From contig CAYMLS010000002.1 of NCBI GenBank assembly GCA_964390665.1, forward strand, positions 1 to 48,091: 48,091 bases of DNA, given 5' to 3'. Made by a program: the position numbers and the translations under genes. The notes beneath the pieces are model-generated. The model ran no database searches. It worked only from the letters and a program-made list of their open reading frames with translations, and was not told where the DNA came from. Shown piece after piece: positions 45,799 through 48,091 of the stretch (its first letter is position 1; every line of letters begins with the position of its first letter). The stretch is from an uncultured Bacteroidales bacterium (GTDB lineage: Bacteria > Bacteroidota > Bacteroidia > Bacteroidales > UBA7960).

Positions 45799-46299
45799 TT
45801 ATTCGTTCGCCGATTCAAGTTCGTTTAAAACCAATACCAATTCAGAACTGTTCCAGTAACCATGCTCTTCCACGATTTTACCATCCTCAAATCTTGCTGT
45901 TACATGCACCGGGATCTCAAATGTCTGACCATTTGCTCTCAATGTTCCCGACCATAGACCCCAGAAATTGACCCAGGTCTCATTTTCATCGGTTACGACC
46001 ATTTCAAAATAATCTTCGTCCGCTACATAATGGATATCTGAAAACATTTCATGTTCCTGTTTCCAATTACCAATCACCGAATCCAATGATATTTCGCCCT
46101 TTTCAGTAACATTATTCCTGAATTTTGCTGTATCGGCATAGTAGGATCGATACTCGTCCCAGTTTTGCGCCAGGTAGTTTTCAACAGAAGACTTAAACGC
46201 ATCAACCTCAGGTGATGAAGATGCATAACGAACGGGTTGATTGGAATTACATGCAGACAATAAAAATATCATCAATGCAAGGAGAGTTAGCTTTTTCAT
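45799..46299 (-). CDS. Lipoprotein, SnoaL/NTF2-like fold suspected
   Basis: Lipobox LLSACNS. It is 166 aa with composition and length like NTF2/SnoaL-like small lipoproteins. The fold assignment is inference only. Confidence 0.4.
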   Translation of the reverse strand: MKKLTLLALMIFLLSACNSNQPVRYASSSPEVDAFKSSVENYLAQNWDEYRSYYADTAKFRNNVTEKGEISLDSVIGNWKQEHEMFSDIHYVADEDYFEMVVTDENETWVNFWGLWSGTLRANGQTFEIPVHVTARFEDGKIVEEHGYWNSSELVLVLNELESANE

Positions 46300-46403
46300 A
46301 GGTTTTTAATATTTATGTTAAGTGTAAATGAACTTGCATAACAATTACGATCATGCAGGATTTATAATTGCTGAGTAAAATTACCGGGCATATGAATAAA
46401 AAC

Positions 46404-46435
46404 GGTAGGATAAATCTCGCATAGCGTTGGACAAA
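46404..46435 (-). promoter_or_regulatory. Motif-3 site ii
   Basis: The plus strand reads GGTAGGATAAATCTCGCATAGCGTTGGACAAA. It lies 105 nt upstream of the lipoprotein gene start (46299). Confidence 0.5.
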
Positions 46436-46497
46436 TCGCGCAAAATGCACCCTTCTGTTACGGGGTGACTAAAGTTCAACCCGTTATCACAACAATG

Positions 46498-46959
46498 TTA
46501 TCCATTCAGCCATTTTTCAAAGCTTTTGTTGGGTTCTCCATCAGGATAAGTCCAGTCGGGTTGAAGTCTGAGTCCGCTGTCTTTTCTCCAGATAAAATCG
46601 AGCGCATCAGATATTTGCTTCTCGTTGTCTAACAGGATAAGCATAAGGAAACCATTCAGCAATTTTATTTTAGAGATACAGGATGAGATATTCTGAACCA
46701 GCAAGGCATTTTGTATTACTTCCACCTGCCGTTCATCCCATGAAGCCCAAACGATTCCATTTTCATCCGATAAAAGCGTTTTCAGATTTAAAGATATGTT
46801 GATCACCAGAGACGTCCCGGCAGGCAGCTCATGGATAACACTACTGCCCGGATATTTCCAGGAAATACATAAACCGGGGTGGAGACAAATATCTCCATCC
46901 CGGTTTAATTTTCCTGTTGTAGTTATGATCTGCATCATCCAGCGTTTTGGGAAATCCAT
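46498..46959 (-). CDS. Hypothetical protein
   Basis: 153 aa ORF starting 15 nt after the upstream gene's stop on the same strand. No recognised motif and no signal peptide. Confidence 0.4.
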   Translation of the reverse strand: MDFPKRWMMQIITTTGKLNRDGDICLHPGLCISWKYPGSSVIHELPAGTSLVINISLNLKTLLSDENGIVWASWDERQVEVIQNALLVQNISSCISKIKLLNGFLMLILLDNEKQISDALDFIWRKDSGLRLQPDWTYPDGEPNKSFEKWLNG

Positions 46960-46974
46960 TTGTAAATGGGTTGA

Positions 46975-47754
46975 TTATTTTGAAGGGGGTGGCATGTTGC
47001 TCAAATCAACGCTAAGTCTGTAAAGATATGCCCAGGAAGTGTTCACCAGTTCGACGAATGTATCACGCATCTCTTCAGTTTTTTTCTCTCCATGCGCTTT
47101 CTCATATATTTCCCAAACATTATCGCGCTCTACATCCAATGCTGTAAAATTAGCATAAGGGGTGGCCACCATGTAATCAGCTTCATCTGCACTTCCACCA
47201 ATAAAAGAGTACCAAAAACCACGGGGAGAACCTTCCGCTTTGGTCATCTCATCAGAAACCTCTGTGATCATTTCTCTGAAGTTCGTCCAGTGATTAACAT
47301 GGAAATAACTTACCCAAAGCACGGAATCAGTATTGGGATAAGATTTGCTGATATCGGGCATAAACCTTGTAAAGTTTCTTTTTGCGGATTCCACATGCGG
47401 ATTGATCAGATCCCTTCCTATATCTCGACAGGGCATGGAAGCAGGATCACTTTCATCCATTTCAGACCAGCTGCCCATGGCAGAAGCCAAAATATACACA
47501 TTTCCCTCACCGTTTATTCTGCTCCACATGTTCCAGTTCCATTCTCCTTCATTTTCAAGATAACATGCTTTCCAGGCTTTGACACCTTCACGGAATTGAT
47601 TGTTGTGACCAGGTTTGATCGTGAATTCTGTCATGGAAAGTGTAAAACCTGCATCTTCCTGTGCATGCACGCTGTTGACAGAAACGATTGATACTGCAAT
47701 AAAGACAAAAGCGAAAAATAGTTTTGTAATGTTTGTTTTCATTGATCTTTTCAT
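46975..47754 (-). CDS. Secreted hypothetical protein
   Basis: Signal peptide KLFFAFVFIAVSIVSVNSVHAQ. It is 259 aa and appears to be two related halves. No catalytic motif was recognised. Confidence 0.5.
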   Translation of the reverse strand: MKRSMKTNITKLFFAFVFIAVSIVSVNSVHAQEDAGFTLSMTEFTIKPGHNNQFREGVKAWKACYLENEGEWNWNMWSRINGEGNVYILASAMGSWSEMDESDPASMPCRDIGRDLINPHVESAKRNFTRFMPDISKSYPNTDSVLWVSYFHVNHWTNFREMITEVSDEMTKAEGSPRGFWYSFIGGSADEADYMVATPYANFTALDVERDNVWEIYEKAHGEKKTEEMRDTFVELVNTSWAYLYRLSVDLSNMPPPSK

Positions 47755-47854
47755 AGTAAGATTGATTTTGATTTGCCTACTCTTTTTCAGGATTTTCGGC
47801 TTCCTCCTCTGCTAAAAGAACTGATGTAAAAGTAGGCAGGGAAGCATAAAGCAT

Positions 47855-47886
47855 TGTAGGACAAATCTTGCAATGTGTTGGACTTT
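47855..47886 (-). promoter_or_regulatory. Motif-3 site iii
   Basis: The plus strand reads TTGTAGGACAAATCTTGCAATGTGTTGGACTTT. It lies 101 nt upstream of the gene start at 47754. Confidence 0.5.
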
Positions 47887-48091
47887 TCTGTTATTGATGC
47901 GTCAGGAGAGTTGTTTCAATCAGTTATCAGGTGAGCATCAGTCGACAGACAATGGTTTATGGCCGGACGACGATTCGTAGCCGGACGACTACAGTTCGTC
48001 CCACCACTGAAAAGAATGATCTGAACATGATTGAACGAAACTCAGAACAACTGACCTAATAAAATTCCATATTTTTTAATGCTCAGAAAGA

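Noticed and set aside
374-47691. Numerous antisense or out-of-frame ORFs in the track. Examples: 374..823, 648..905, 1601..1930, 2009..2322, 9299..9763, 9791..10611, 11815..12195, 13185..13496, 13697..14068, 14090..14928, 16103..16783, 21303..21830, 21760..22098, 22824..23342, 23540..24004, 24333..25463, 26034..27637, 33691..34116, 34583..35160, 35572..36669, 43302..43790, 45083..45971, 47092..47815.
   Set aside because: Each lies inside a longer ORF, on the other strand or in another frame, that has clear family motifs. Their translations are low-complexity or biased and carry no recognisable motif.

Overview
This window looks like a chromosomal segment from a low-GC Bacteroidota-type genome. 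Supporting signs are a T9SS C-terminal sorting tail, CarboxypepD_reg-type TonB-dependent/OM beta-barrel receptors, lipobox lipoproteins and TAnnTTTG -7 promoter boxes. All product calls come from reading motifs in the supplied translations; no database search was run.

Most of 0-29 kb is housekeeping. It holds birA, pyrE, a NUDIX hydrolase, nrfH-nrfA (pentaheme nitrite reductase with the CWTCK haem motif), a TPR sensor kinase, tRNA-Leu(TAG), tig-clpP-clpX, a polyprenyl-phosphate sugar transferase, a Gfo/Idh/MocA oxidoreductase, two thioredoxin-fold genes, HU, fmt, ribH, and an operon encoding a signal-peptide peroxiredoxin and an OM barrel.

The 29.5-42.1 kb interval is the accessory part. A 520-bp near-perfect direct repeat, the 3' end of a DUF418/YeiB-like gene, brackets about 11.5 kb. 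The cargo is a NarL-type response regulator, a TPR histidine kinase, an acidic T9SS-secreted protein built from two 228-aa tandem repeats, a SusD-less TonB-dependent receptor, a BNR/Asp-box protein and a metallophosphoesterase. The right end encodes YfcC-like and AmpG-like transporters and small secreted proteins.

The most unusual signals are non-coding:
- A ~150-nt structured intergenic element occurs in six copies. One abuts the nrfA start codon. One inverted pair flanks the oxidoreductase gene, and one direct pair flanks the peroxiredoxin operon.
- A ~30-nt motif with 21-bp-phased GTCCwAC half-sites lies about 100 nt upstream of three minus-strand operons.
- A second ~120-nt repeat family carries a covarying hairpin.
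- A four-hairpin segment follows tRNA-Leu.

I found no CRISPR array, integrase, transposase or recognisable defence gene.
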